From NCBI GenBank assembly GCA_043810165.1, contig JBDROJ010000027.1, positions 36,974-100,973 on the forward strand: a stretch of 64,000 nucleotides of DNA, read 5' to 3'. The stretch comes from a bacterium. GTDB lineage: Bacteria > Patescibacteriota > Patescibacteriia > Magasanikbacterales > GWA2-37-8. Position numbers and translations under genes: made by a program. Below the pieces are notes generated by a model that saw only the letters and a list, made by a program, of their open reading frames with translations, made no database searches and was not told the origin of the DNA. This document shows, in pieces, positions 1 to 9,369 of the stretch. Numbering within the stretch: position 1 is the first letter of the stretch; each line of letters opens with the position of its first letter.

Positions 1-69
1 GATCCCATCCACTGTGATGACCAGTCCATCCGATGTTTTCTCCATGCTCACCCTTTTTTCTGTTTTCAT
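1..69 (-). CDS. Partial orphan ORF (N-terminus MKTEKRVSMEKTSDGLVITVDGI..., runs off window edge)
   Basis: ATG at 69 preceded by AAGGAG SD, 3 nt after the stop of 73..582; frame is open to the edge. Confidence 0.6.
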   Translation of the reverse strand, partial: MKTEKRVSMEKTSDGLVITVDGI

Positions 70-72
70 GGG

Positions 73-582
73 TCACTCCTTTTCCTCGTCGTCGTTGTTG
101 TTGAAGTCAGTGCCTCTTGGACGAATGCCGGAATGTTCATTTCCAGACACCTGTTTGTGTTCCTTGGAAGGCGGATCTCCGGCCTTGATCGGCTCCATGT
201 CCTGGGTTGTGGGCAAAGGCATGGAATGCCTGGGTAGGTTGCTGTCACCACGGAACACGAAGTTTGCAGACAGTCTGACCAGCCTCATCTCCTCCAGCAG
301 ATAGAGTCCGTCCGGACCGTCCCACACATGCTCGTGCAGATCTGATGTCATGATCTCTTGGTTGATGATCTCGTACTCCTCCTGGCTAATGGAGATACTG
401 TGTCCGGTTCTGACATCATCTCGGATAGCAACCAGGAACAGGCCGGCCGTGAGCGCATAGGCCATCTCCTTGGATCCTACCTTGAAGATATACTCGCCAA
501 CGATCACGAAGGCCTCATACCTATTTTTGTTTTGTAAGAACACCCTTGGCTGGATCGATCCGTCCTCTTTCTTCTCATCCAT
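73..582 (-). CDS. Orphan hypothetical protein (GC-richer than flanks)
   Basis: 169-aa ORF, AAGGA SD, upstream TTGACA (661..656) promoter candidate. Confidence 0.7.
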   Translation of the reverse strand: MDEKKEDGSIQPRVFLQNKNRYEAFVIVGEYIFKVGSKEMAYALTAGLFLVAIRDDVRTGHSISISQEEYEIINQEIMTSDLHEHVWDGPDGLYLLEEMRLVRLSANFVFRGDSNLPRHSMPLPTTQDMEPIKAGDPPSKEHKQVSGNEHSGIRPRGTDFNNNDDEEKE

Positions 583-694
583 AATCCTTTTCCTTTCACC
601 TTTTTTAGGTGGTTGTCAATGATTTTGCTTATATATAAGCACATTTTTATTGTTTTGTCAAGAGCTAAAACCTCTAAAATACCTTATTTTAGAC

Positions 695-725
695 AAAAAA
701 AACACCCCAATTTGCATTAGAGTGC
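695..725 (-). terminator. Intrinsic terminator
   Basis: Minus strand GCACTCTAAT-GCAA-ATTGGGGTGT followed by a T-run. Confidence 0.7.
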
Positions 726-865
726 TTTATTTAAGATCGGCTCCTTCGTTATAAACACCAGTTTGATGTGTATAACGAGAAGTGGAGCCGATCAATACAG
801 CGAAAAAGGACCACGTTCTCTGGAAATTCGCGCGGATTTGCGCTTTGGTAGGTTGGTCGGTTGCG

Positions 866-1240
866 CTAGAGCTGCACTTCTGACTCTGCTCGGTGCTGGT
901 CCATGTAGAAGGACTCCTGCACGAGTTTGTCCGGCTGGATAACCGGAGTGGTCTGGACGGCTCGGGCTTGTGATGCCTTCCTCGGCTCTCTGGCCGTGAT
1001 GATCACGCCCGGGTCGGCGGGAAGACGTCCCGCAGACCAGCATGTCTTGAGATCTGGGAAAATGATCAGGGCATATCTGACCAGGCGATTGGCATCGTCC
1101 TGGTCAAACCTGCCCATAATTGCCTTGTTCTGGGCTTCCATTACCTCGGAGCTTGTACGTACAGCCCCGAAGGCGAAGAAGTCCCTGACACTGTCGGTTC
1201 CTTGCTCTTTCAGAGCAAACTTCAACATACCCTTTGCCAT
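866..1240 (-). CDS. Orphan hypothetical protein (start re-assigned to MAKGML..., 124 aa)
   Basis: AAGGAG SD before ATG 1240; the longer ORF-track start lies within the promoter. Confidence 0.7.
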   Translation of the reverse strand: MAKGMLKFALKEQGTDSVRDFFAFGAVRTSSEVMEAQNKAIMGRFDQDDANRLVRYALIIFPDLKTCWSAGRLPADPGVIITAREPRKASQARAVQTTPVIQPDKLVQESFYMDQHRAESEVQL

Positions 1241-1292
1241 TTTCAGGCTCTCCTTTCCTGTGATACAGCTAGTTGAGGTTGGAATTGAAAAC

Positions 1293-1321
1293 AGTATACA
1301 CAAAAAACAGCATACTGTCAA
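1293..1321 (-). promoter_or_regulatory. Sigma70 promoter
   Basis: TTGACA-17nt-TATACT. Confidence 0.75.
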
Positions 1322-1363
1322 TATGCTGTTGTGCGAGAGTGTTATTTTTTTTTTACAAGTTCT

Positions 1364-2050
1364 CTAAATTTTTTTCATATATGCCAACCAAAAATTTCTC
1401 TTATAACTCCGACCTTTAAATCTGGTATAATTGGTCTTTTTCAATAATTTGATAATTTTAAAATACCTTGAATAAAGATCCATAAAATCTTGGCGCGCAA
1501 AAACTCTTTCAATTAAATTCATATCTTTGTTAATATAAGTGCCTGCTTCCGCGCCAGGACTTTTTTTAAGCAATGCCTTGGCATTCTTATCACCATCCTT
1601 GCACAAGCCTTTGAAGAAAAAATAGCCGTTTTTTTTCAATACTCTATGCGTTTCGGATAAGTATATACCGCACTCTTGTTTATTTAAAGAATTAGAAGAA
1701 GTTATATCCAATACCAAATCAAACATTTCATTATCAAATGGATATCCTGATCCAATATTATGAAATTTATAATCAACTTTGACATTCATTTTTTTAGCCA
1801 AAGACTTGGCTAGATTGATTGCTGTATGAGATATTTCAAGACCAATTACCTTATTACCAAGTTCTGCTAAATAATTAGCATTTCTTCCAGTGCCGGATCC
1901 TAAATCCAAGACTGTTAAATTTCCTAGTTCAATGCCTTCTTGTTTTTTTAAAAATTTTAAAAAGCGGAGCACGTCCTTTTGTGGAGCGTCTCCTTTGGCA
2001 ACTAATTGCGGATTTTGATATTCTTTTTCCCAAGCAGTATTCTGTGGCAT
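1364..2050 (-). CDS. Class I SAM-dependent methyltransferase
   Basis: VLDLGSGTGRN motif I, FDLVLD motif. Confidence 0.85.
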   Translation of the reverse strand: MPQNTAWEKEYQNPQLVAKGDAPQKDVLRFLKFLKKQEGIELGNLTVLDLGSGTGRNANYLAELGNKVIGLEISHTAINLAKSLAKKMNVKVDYKFHNIGSGYPFDNEMFDLVLDITSSNSLNKQECGIYLSETHRVLKKNGYFFFKGLCKDGDKNAKALLKKSPGAEAGTYINKDMNLIERVFARQDFMDLYSRYFKIIKLLKKTNYTRFKGRSYKRNFWLAYMKKI

Positions 2051-2150
2051 ACAATTATTTTAATTGACTTTTAACCAAAAACTAGATAAAATAGGCGAGA
2101 TATTGAACTCATACTGCATTATATCACGAATTTTTTAAATTGCACAAAAT

Positions 2151-3302
2151 ATGAATCTAATCATCCATCCAGACGAATTATTCCTCAAGGGCGCCAACCA
2201 GAAATTTTTTTACGACCAGTTAGTAGAAAATCTGCTGGACTTATTTAAGGGTATAAAAATTAAGAGAGTAGAGGGCGGATTATGGGTGGAAAACTTTGTT
2301 AAAAATGAACTAAAGCGGTTAGCTTTTATTCCAGGCATAGCTAATTTTTCCCAAGCTTGGAAATGCAAAGATGATATTGATTCCATAACTAAATTATTTG
2401 GCTTATCTCTTCGAGACAAGATTGGCAATAACAAAATTAAAACTTTTCGCATAACAGCCAATCGCAATTATAAAAAATACGCCTTAACTTCTTTGCAAAT
2501 AGCTGAAAAACTAGGAGAGCATGTGAGAAAAGAATTTAATTTAAAAGTAGATTTAAAAAATCATGAGCTTAATATTTTTGTTACAATAAATAAGGAACAA
2601 GCCATTGTTTACGCCAACCCAATCACCGGAATAGGAGGCCTTCCAACCGGCACGTCCGGCAAGGTTTTGTGCCTGGTATCCGGAGGAATTGACAGCCCTG
2701 TATCAGCTTATAAAATGATGGGCAGGGGAGCGCAAGTCGGCATTATTCATTTTTTAAACAAAACCGGGGTAAGCCAAGCCATTAGTGAAAAAATAATAGA
2801 TTTATGCAAAACCCTTTCTCAATACCAGCCACAAGTGCAATTATTTGTTGTGGGTTTTAAAGAAATGCAAAGACAAGTGGTTATGAAAATACCGGGCGAT
2901 CACCGCATGTTAGCTACTCGGCGCCTATTTTTCAAAATATCTGAAAAAATTGCAAAAGAAAACCGATATCAAGCCTTGGCAACAGGCGACAGCCTGGGAC
3001 AAGTAGCCTCGCAAACAATTGAAAACATGAATGTAATTTACCAAGCCACAGACATGTTAAAATTTTCTCCTTTGATAGCTCTGAACAAGAGAGAGATTAT
3101 AAAAATAGCCAAGGATATAGGCACGCTAGAAATATCACAAAGGCCATATGAGGACTGTTGTAGCCTATTTGTGGCCAAACATCCGCAAACTAAAGCTAAA
3201 CTAGACCAGGTATTGAAAATGGAAGCTGAAATGGACTTATCCACACTTGACAATTTGGATATAAAATCATACGATATTAGTATGAATACTGCACTAGCCT
3301 AG
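2151..3302 (+). CDS. thiI: tRNA 4-thiouridine synthase ThiI (short form, no rhodanese domain)
   Basis: THUMP region, GGLPTG, SGGIDS PP-loop, GDSLGQVASQT, PYEDCC. Confidence 0.93.
   Translation: MNLIIHPDELFLKGANQKFFYDQLVENLLDLFKGIKIKRVEGGLWVENFVKNELKRLAFIPGIANFSQAWKCKDDIDSITKLFGLSLRDKIGNNKIKTFRITANRNYKKYALTSLQIAEKLGEHVRKEFNLKVDLKNHELNIFVTINKEQAIVYANPITGIGGLPTGTSGKVLCLVSGGIDSPVSAYKMMGRGAQVGIIHFLNKTGVSQAISEKIIDLCKTLSQYQPQVQLFVVGFKEMQRQVVMKIPGDHRMLATRRLFFKISEKIAKENRYQALATGDSLGQVASQTIENMNVIYQATDMLKFSPLIALNKREIIKIAKDIGTLEISQRPYEDCCSLFVAKHPQTKAKLDQVLKMEAEMDLSTLDNLDIKSYDISMNTALA
3237..3275 (+). promoter_or_regulatory. DnaA box abutting a sigma70 promoter inside the thiI 3' end
   Basis: TTATCCACA 3237-3245, TTGACA 3247-3252, 17 nt, TACGAT 3270-3275. 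Confidence 0.45.
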
Positions 3303-3388
3303 GTTTTCTTAGTTATGCTCATTGAGAAAATAATTAATTTGTGATAAAATTGCAACCATATTATTTATAGGATTAACAATTTTATCTT

Positions 3389-3988
3389 ATGACCAATGAA
3401 ATAGTTTTTGATATCGAGACGCAAAACACTTTTGCTGAAGTGGAAAATGATTTTAAAAAATTCCGCATTTCAGTAGTTTCAATTTATGAATATGCCGACG
3501 ACAAATATACAAGTTTTGCAGAAAACGAATTAGGCGGACTCTGGCCCTTGCTGGAAAAAGCGGATAGAATTATCGGATATAACAGTGAACATTTTGATCT
3601 GCCAATCTTAAATAATTATTATCCAGGGGATTTATTAAGACTGCCTCATTTGGATATAATCAAAATAGTTTTTGACAATCTGGGCAAGCGTTTAAAATTA
3701 AAAGATATTGCTGAAGCCACATTGGATAATATCACTAAAAGCGCTGATGGATTGCAAGCCATTCATTGGTGGAAGCAGGGTGAAATAGATAAAATCAAAG
3801 AATACTGCGAGCAAGATGTCAAAGTTACCAAAGAAATTTATGACTTTGGAAAAGCCAATAAACAATTATTTTATAAATCATTAACCGGCGAGATGTTGCC
3901 GTTTGCCGTAAATTTTGAATTTCAACAAGCGTTTGATCAACAAGGCCGAAGCCATGCACCAAGCATTAATTTAACTTTACCTATCTAA
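3389..3988 (+). CDS. RNase H-like/DEDD 3'-5' exonuclease domain protein (YprB-like)
   Basis: FDIET, GYNSEHFDLP, YCEQDV exonuclease motifs. Confidence 0.8.
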   Translation: MTNEIVFDIETQNTFAEVENDFKKFRISVVSIYEYADDKYTSFAENELGGLWPLLEKADRIIGYNSEHFDLPILNNYYPGDLLRLPHLDIIKIVFDNLGKRLKLKDIAEATLDNITKSADGLQAIHWWKQGEIDKIKEYCEQDVKVTKEIYDFGKANKQLFYKSLTGEMLPFAVNFEFQQAFDQQGRSHAPSINLTLPI

Positions 3989-3989
3989 T

Positions 3990-4382
3990 ATGCTGTCTCT
4001 GCGTAAAGAAACTGACTATGCCATACAATTTATCCAATTTTTAGTGGATAATAAAGATCAATGTTCTGCGCTGAAAACATTTGCCAAACAAAGCGGTATT
4101 TCTTTTTTCTTTATGCAAAAAATAGCGCGCAAGCTGAACAGAGCCGGTATAATTGAAGCCGAACAAGGCATGTGCGGAGGTTATCGCCTAAAAATTAAAC
4201 CGGATAAATTAGATCTGCACCAAATAGTAGAAATTATGGAAGAAGGGATAAGCCTGACCAAGTGCATTAAAAATTTAAGTTGCGGATGCAACAAAGGTGT
4301 AAAAAAATGCAAGGTTAAAGATATAATGAATAAATTAAATAAAGAAATCGTCAAGGCCATGAAAAAAATAAAATTAAATTAG
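3990..4382 (+). CDS. Rrf2 family regulator (IscR-like, Cys-rich)
   Basis: TDYA, G.CGGYRL wHTH, C-terminal Cys cluster; upstream of iscS. Confidence 0.85.
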   Translation: MLSLRKETDYAIQFIQFLVDNKDQCSALKTFAKQSGISFFFMQKIARKLNRAGIIEAEQGMCGGYRLKIKPDKLDLHQIVEIMEEGISLTKCIKNLSCGCNKGVKKCKVKDIMNKLNKEIVKAMKKIKLN

Positions 4383-4410
4383 ATTAGAACTGAGATTTGA
4401 GTTAATACCT

Positions 4411-5616
4411 ATGCTTCCAAAACCAAAAGAAAAACAAGAAATATACCTGGATCATGCGGCCACCACATATATGTTGCCAGAAGTAGTAAAAGCCATGGAG
4501 CCTTTTTATATTGAAAAATATGGCAATGCCTCATCTCTATATAGCAAAGGCAGGCAGGCCAATAATATATTATTGGATTGTCGCAAAACAATTGCTGGCT
4601 TAATTCATGCTCAGCCTTTGGATATTATTTTTACCGGAGGAGGCACTGAATCTGACAATTTAGCCATTTATGGAATAGCCAAAGCGCATGAACAGAAAGG
4701 AAAGCATATAATCTCCATGGCCATTGAACACCATGCAGTTTTGCATCCATTGGAAGATTTGGAAAAACAGGGCTGGGAAATAACCTATATTAAAACCAAC
4801 AAACATGGCTTGATAGATCCAAAAGAAGTGGCCAAGGCAATTAGAAAAGATACGATTTTGATAACCATTATGTATGCTAATAATGAAATTGGTACCATCG
4901 AACCAATCGCAGATATTGGCCGGCAAGTATTAAAATATCGCAAAGCAAATAATACCAATTACCCATATTTTCATACTGACGCCTGCCAAGCAGGTGGTTA
5001 TTTGGATGTGGATGTGGAAAAATTACACGTTGATTTAATGACCATAAATGGAAGTAAAATGTATGGTCCAAAGGGCGTTGGCATGCTTTACGTGCGCCGT
5101 GGAGTTAAAATTAAGCCAATTATTTTAGGTGGATCTCAAGAAAGAAAATTGCGAGCCGGCACTGAAAATGTGCCTGGGATCGCGGGTTTTTGCAAAGCAT
5201 TTGAACTGGCACAGAAAAACAAAGATGGAGAAACAAAAAGAATAGGGGAATTGCGCAATTATCTTTGGGATCAAATCAAAAAAAGTATTTCTGATGTTAC
5301 GCTCAATGGTCCGGAATTAATTGACGACCTGCGTTTATCAAATAATCTAAACGTCAGCTTTAAAAATATTGAAGGTGAAGCAATGTTATTATATTTGGAC
5401 GAGTACGGCATAATGTGTTCAACCGGATCGGCTTGCACGTCTGATTCATTAGATCCTTCACATGTTTTAACAGCAATTGGTTTACCGGTAGAATTAGCTC
5501 ATGGAAGCCTACGATTTAGCTTCGGACACTGTAATACTAAAAATCAGGTTGATTATATTATGGAACACTTGCCAATGATAGTAAAAAAATTAAGAGAAAT
5601 TTCCGCAATTCAGTAA
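4411..5616 (+). CDS. iscS: Cysteine desulfurase IscS/NifS
   Basis: YLDHAATT, NNEIGT, SKMYGPKG, STGSAC. Confidence 0.95.
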   Translation: MLPKPKEKQEIYLDHAATTYMLPEVVKAMEPFYIEKYGNASSLYSKGRQANNILLDCRKTIAGLIHAQPLDIIFTGGGTESDNLAIYGIAKAHEQKGKHIISMAIEHHAVLHPLEDLEKQGWEITYIKTNKHGLIDPKEVAKAIRKDTILITIMYANNEIGTIEPIADIGRQVLKYRKANNTNYPYFHTDACQAGGYLDVDVEKLHVDLMTINGSKMYGPKGVGMLYVRRGVKIKPIILGGSQERKLRAGTENVPGIAGFCKAFELAQKNKDGETKRIGELRNYLWDQIKKSISDVTLNGPELIDDLRLSNNLNVSFKNIEGEAMLLYLDEYGIMCSTGSACTSDSLDPSHVLTAIGLPVELAHGSLRFSFGHCNTKNQVDYIMEHLPMIVKKLREISAIQ

Positions 5617-5710
5617 ATTATCGGATTATATTAATTATTACGATCCTTGTGTTTGTCCTCTGATTTGGGACAAGCAGTGTCGCATAAATAACTAATATAA
5701 TCCTATAATA

Positions 5711-5738
5711 AAATACCCTGAATTTTCAGAGTATTTTA
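5711..5738 (-). terminator. Intrinsic terminator for the minus-strand orphan cassette
   Basis: AAAATACTCTGAA/TTCAGGGTATTTT stem plus T-run on the minus strand. Confidence 0.55.
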
Positions 5739-5858
5739 CAAAATCATCTTCAGATCTCCTTAATTAACCTGTAATTTAAAGATTAGTTAAGGGGATGGAA
5801 GCTGAAGATGGGCAAAAGAACAATCTGCTTCCGTAGATTAGGCACGACGGAGAATCCG

Positions 5859-6071
5859 TCATACACCCCAGACGCGCGGGTTGGGACAGAGGACCTCGAT
5901 CCTCGTAGAACTGAAGGTTCGCAAAAGACTTAAACATTCATTTGAACCACGTTCTTGAACTGGAGGTTTTCTGAACATGGATCGAATACGGCAAATATTT
6001 GCCACGCCTTGACGACACTTCTCGCAGTTGATCGGGAGTAAATCCCGAGGCGGATCGGCGACTTGTTTCAT
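5859..6071 (-). CDS. Small orphan Cys-rich protein
   Basis: AAGGAG SD, ATGA overlap with the upstream ORF, CxxC plus three more Cys. Confidence 0.55.
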   Translation of the reverse strand: MKQVADPPRDLLPINCEKCRQGVANICRIRSMFRKPPVQERGSNECLSLLRTFSSTRIEVLCPNPRVWGV

Positions 6072-6235
6072 GAATTTGTCTTCTCCTTTTTCCTCTTGTT
6101 GATCCTCAAGTTCACTGGATGATGTAGATCATAACGCCTGGTGTTTGGCAGGATATAGCGCTTAAAGAACCAGACCAGCGCATTCATCATCGCCTTGGTT
6201 GAATCTACCATGAAATCTGGTAGCCTAGGTATCAT
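6068..6235 (-). CDS. Small orphan basic protein (MIPRLPDF..., 55 aa)
   Basis: AAGGAGG SD 7 nt before ATG 6235; promoter TTGACT(6292..6287)-17-TAAAAT(6269..6264). Confidence 0.6.
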   Translation of the reverse strand: MIPRLPDFMVDSTKAMMNALVWFFKRYILPNTRRYDLHHPVNLRINKRKKEKTNS

Positions 6236-6294
6236 GGACATTCCTCCTTTTTTGACAAACACCATTTTAATATATTTTTCAGACAAAGTCAATT

Positions 6295-6768
6295 ATGACT
6301 AAAAAAACAACTAAAAAACAATCAGGAAATAGTTCAGCTGACTTACGTGATCGCCAAGGCAATAGCTGGCTTTATTCTGATATAGTTAAAGAACATTTTT
6401 TCAATCCGCGAAACTTTATGCATCATGACGAAGAAAAAGAACTTGAATACAATGGCCAGGGCCGAGCCGGATCACCGGCTTGCGGTGATGAAATGATTAT
6501 GTGGATCAAAGTTGATACTAAAACAAATAAAATCAAAGATTGCCGTTGGCGTACTTTTGGATGTGGCAGTGCAATTGCTTCTACTTCAGTTTTAAGTGAA
6601 ATGATTACTGAAAATGATGGTATGCATATAGATCAAGCTATTAAAATTAAACCGCAAGATATCCTAGAACGCCTGGGTGGATTACCTGATATCAAAGTTC
6701 ATTGTTCTGTTTTAGGCGATCAAGCTTTACAAAAAGCAATTAAAAACTATCAAAATAAGCATAAGTAA
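6295..6768 (+). CDS. iscU: Fe-S scaffold IscU/NifU-N
   Basis: HFFNPRN, GSPACGD, FGCGSAIAS, KVHCSVL. Confidence 0.93.
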   Translation: MTKKTTKKQSGNSSADLRDRQGNSWLYSDIVKEHFFNPRNFMHHDEEKELEYNGQGRAGSPACGDEMIMWIKVDTKTNKIKDCRWRTFGCGSAIASTSVLSEMITENDGMHIDQAIKIKPQDILERLGGLPDIKVHCSVLGDQALQKAIKNYQNKHK

Positions 6769-6879
6769 ACAAGAAGAGTTATATAATTTATTAAAGCGAC
6801 ACTTTCTGTCATATATCTAAGTGCAGGAACAATGGGCATTATAAATTATATAATTCTTCTGAAACAAAATTTAATTTAT

Positions 6880-7062
6880 ATGACAATAACAATTGACCAA
6901 GAAAAGTGTATAGGCTGTGGCACTTGTGAAGCTTTGGCCCCTGAAGTTTTTAAATTAACACATGACGGCAAAATACAAGTGTTAAATCAAGACTCTGAAC
7001 AAGATGATATTGTTCAGATGACAGTTGATTCTTGCCCAACTCAAGCCATTATACTTGAATAA
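6880..7062 (+). CDS. Single-cluster ferredoxin
   Basis: CIGCGTC...CPTQAI; start re-assigned to MTITID. Confidence 0.88.
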   Translation: MTITIDQEKCIGCGTCEALAPEVFKLTHDGKIQVLNQDSEQDDIVQMTVDSCPTQAIILE

Positions 7063-7078
7063 AAGTAATAGTATTGAT

Positions 7079-7103
7079 AAAGCTCGGTTCATCCGAGTTT
7101 TTT
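7079..7103 (+). terminator. Intrinsic terminator
   Basis: AGCTCGG-TTCAT-CCGAGTT plus T-run. Confidence 0.7.
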
Positions 7104-7143
7104 GTTTGCATTTTTATAGTATTCTTGTTAAAATGTTTATATT

Positions 7144-7821
7144 ATGAATACAGGAAAGTTGTATATTATAGCCACCCCAATTGGTAATTTGGGAGATATT
7201 GGCTTACGCGCTTTGGAAACTTTAAAACAGGCGGATTTAATTTTGTGCGAAGATACTCGAGTAACCAGGAACTTACTCGATCGTTATCAAATTAAAACTC
7301 CGACTTTGAGCTATCATCAGCATAGCGACAGTAAAAAAATCAAAAAAATACAAAGCCTGCTGAATGAAAATAAAAATCTTGCTTTGGTTACAGATGCTGG
7401 CACGCCAGGCATTAGCGATCCGGGAAATCAATTGGTAGCTACTATTGTGGGCGAACAAAATGATCTAGGCATTCTGGTTATTCCCATCCCCGGGCCGTCA
7501 GCAGTAATCACAGCTTTGTCAGTTTCGGGTTTTCCCACTGACAAATTCTTATTTCTAGGCTTTCCTCCTCACAAAAACAAAAGACAAAAATTTTTTAAAG
7601 AACTGGCAGACAGTAAATATACAGTAGCTTTCTATGAATCAAGCCATAGAATAAAAAAATGCCTGCAAGACTTAAATAAATTTTTAGAACCTGACCAGCA
7701 AATAGTTATCTGCAGAGAATTAACTAAAAAATTTGAAAATATCTACCGGGGAACTATTGGTCAATTAATTGGCTTGGACAATATCCCTGCCAAAGGAGAA
7801 TTTGTTATTATTATAAATTAG
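7144..7821 (+). CDS. rsmI: 16S rRNA C1402 2'-O-methyltransferase
   Basis: ATPIGNLGDI, CEDTR, DAGTPGISDPG, RELTKKFE. Confidence 0.95.
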   Translation: MNTGKLYIIATPIGNLGDIGLRALETLKQADLILCEDTRVTRNLLDRYQIKTPTLSYHQHSDSKKIKKIQSLLNENKNLALVTDAGTPGISDPGNQLVATIVGEQNDLGILVIPIPGPSAVITALSVSGFPTDKFLFLGFPPHKNKRQKFFKELADSKYTVAFYESSHRIKKCLQDLNKFLEPDQQIVICRELTKKFENIYRGTIGQLIGLDNIPAKGEFVIIIN

Positions 7822-7829
7822 ACATATTT

Positions 7830-9359
7830 ATGAAAGAAAAATATTATTTAACCACAGCCATCCCTTATGCTAATGCTGATCCACACATTGGATTTGCCTT
7901 GGAATTACTTTATACAGATGTAATGGCCAGATACCAAAGGCTATTGGGCAAAGATGTGTATTTTCTTACTGGCACAGATGAACATGGACAAAAAATGTAT
8001 AAAACTGCTATAGAAAAGGGCAAGGATGTGTATGAATATGCTTCATTAAAATCAGCTGTGTTTCAAAATCTGGCTGATCGGTGGAATATCACTAATAACG
8101 ATTTTATTCGCACCACCGAGGAACGGCACATGAACAAAGCGCAAAAATTTTGGGATATAGCAAATGCTAATGGCGATATTTATCAAAAAGAGTACACCGG
8201 GCATTATTGCGTTGGCTGTGAGGCTTTTAAAACAGAAAAAGACCTGGTTGATGGCAGATGTGTCAACCATAATAAAGAACCTGAAATAATTTCAGAAAAA
8301 AATTATTTTTTTCGCTTATCAAAATACCAACTGCAGATAGAAAAATTATTCAAGGAAAATCCTGATTTTGTTTTCCCAAAATCAAAATATAACGAAATGT
8401 TGCAGGTTTTAAAAGGCGGGCTGGAAGATGTAAGCATTTCTCGTTCCAAAAAAAAAATGCCTTGGGGAGTGCCATTGCCAGGAGATGACAGCCAGGTGAT
8501 GTATGTTTGGTTTGACGCCTTGACTAATTATATTACAGCTTTGGGCTGGCAATCGGATGATGAAACATTATTTAAAAAATATTGGCCTGCTGACGCGCAT
8601 ATAATCGGCAAAGATGTCAGTCGTTTTCATTCGTTATTATGGCCGGCCATGCTTATGTCTGTTGGCTTGGAACTGCCAAAAAAAATAGCTGTGCATGATT
8701 TTATGACTTTAAACGGCCAAAAAATAAGCAAGAGTTTGGGCAATGTGATCAATCCTTTAGATTTAATAGATCAATACCCGTTGGAAGCACTGCGGTATTT
8801 TTTCATGAGAGAGATACCTTTTGATCATGATGGTGATTTTTCTGATGAAAAATTTCAAGAGCGATATAATGCGGATTTAGCCAATGGCATCGGCAATCTA
8901 TGCAATCGCGTCCTGGTAATGATTGAAAAATATTCTGACGGCACTGTGCCCGGAGTAAATCAAATTTACAATGGCATGATTGAAACTTTAAATCAAGAAA
9001 TTTGGTCAAACTATAATCAGGCCATGGAAAATTTTGCTTTTAATCACGCTTTAGAGACTTGCTGGAAATTTGTGTCCTATTGCGATCAATTAATTTCCGA
9101 TAAACAACCCTGGGTGCTTATCAAGCAAGGCAAAGCTGGAGAGGTTAATGACTTATTACATCATTTGGCGGAAGCTCTGCGCCATATAGGCGTAATGATC
9201 TGGCCGATCATGCCTGAAACAGCTGAAAAAATATTTATCCAGCTTGGGTTAAATGCTAAACAAGAACTAGCCAAACCGCTTGATGAATTAAAAAATTGGG
9301 TACAATTAACTGTTGGTAATAAAATTAATAGGGGAGAGGCATTATTCCCAAGAATTTAA
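7830..9359 (+). CDS. metG: Methionyl-tRNA synthetase
   Basis: HIGF, GTDEHG, YVWFDAL, KISKS. Confidence 0.95.
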   Translation: MKEKYYLTTAIPYANADPHIGFALELLYTDVMARYQRLLGKDVYFLTGTDEHGQKMYKTAIEKGKDVYEYASLKSAVFQNLADRWNITNNDFIRTTEERHMNKAQKFWDIANANGDIYQKEYTGHYCVGCEAFKTEKDLVDGRCVNHNKEPEIISEKNYFFRLSKYQLQIEKLFKENPDFVFPKSKYNEMLQVLKGGLEDVSISRSKKKMPWGVPLPGDDSQVMYVWFDALTNYITALGWQSDDETLFKKYWPADAHIIGKDVSRFHSLLWPAMLMSVGLELPKKIAVHDFMTLNGQKISKSLGNVINPLDLIDQYPLEALRYFFMREIPFDHDGDFSDEKFQERYNADLANGIGNLCNRVLVMIEKYSDGTVPGVNQIYNGMIETLNQEIWSNYNQAMENFAFNHALETCWKFVSYCDQLISDKQPWVLIKQGKAGEVNDLLHHLAEALRHIGVMIWPIMPETAEKIFIQLGLNAKQELAKPLDELKNWVQLTVGNKINRGEALFPRI

Positions 9360-9369
9360 TTAAAGATAG

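Noticed and set aside
731-5810. attC sites after orphan cassettes
   Set aside because: The hairpins lack RYYYAAC/GTTRRRY ends and are not similar to each other.
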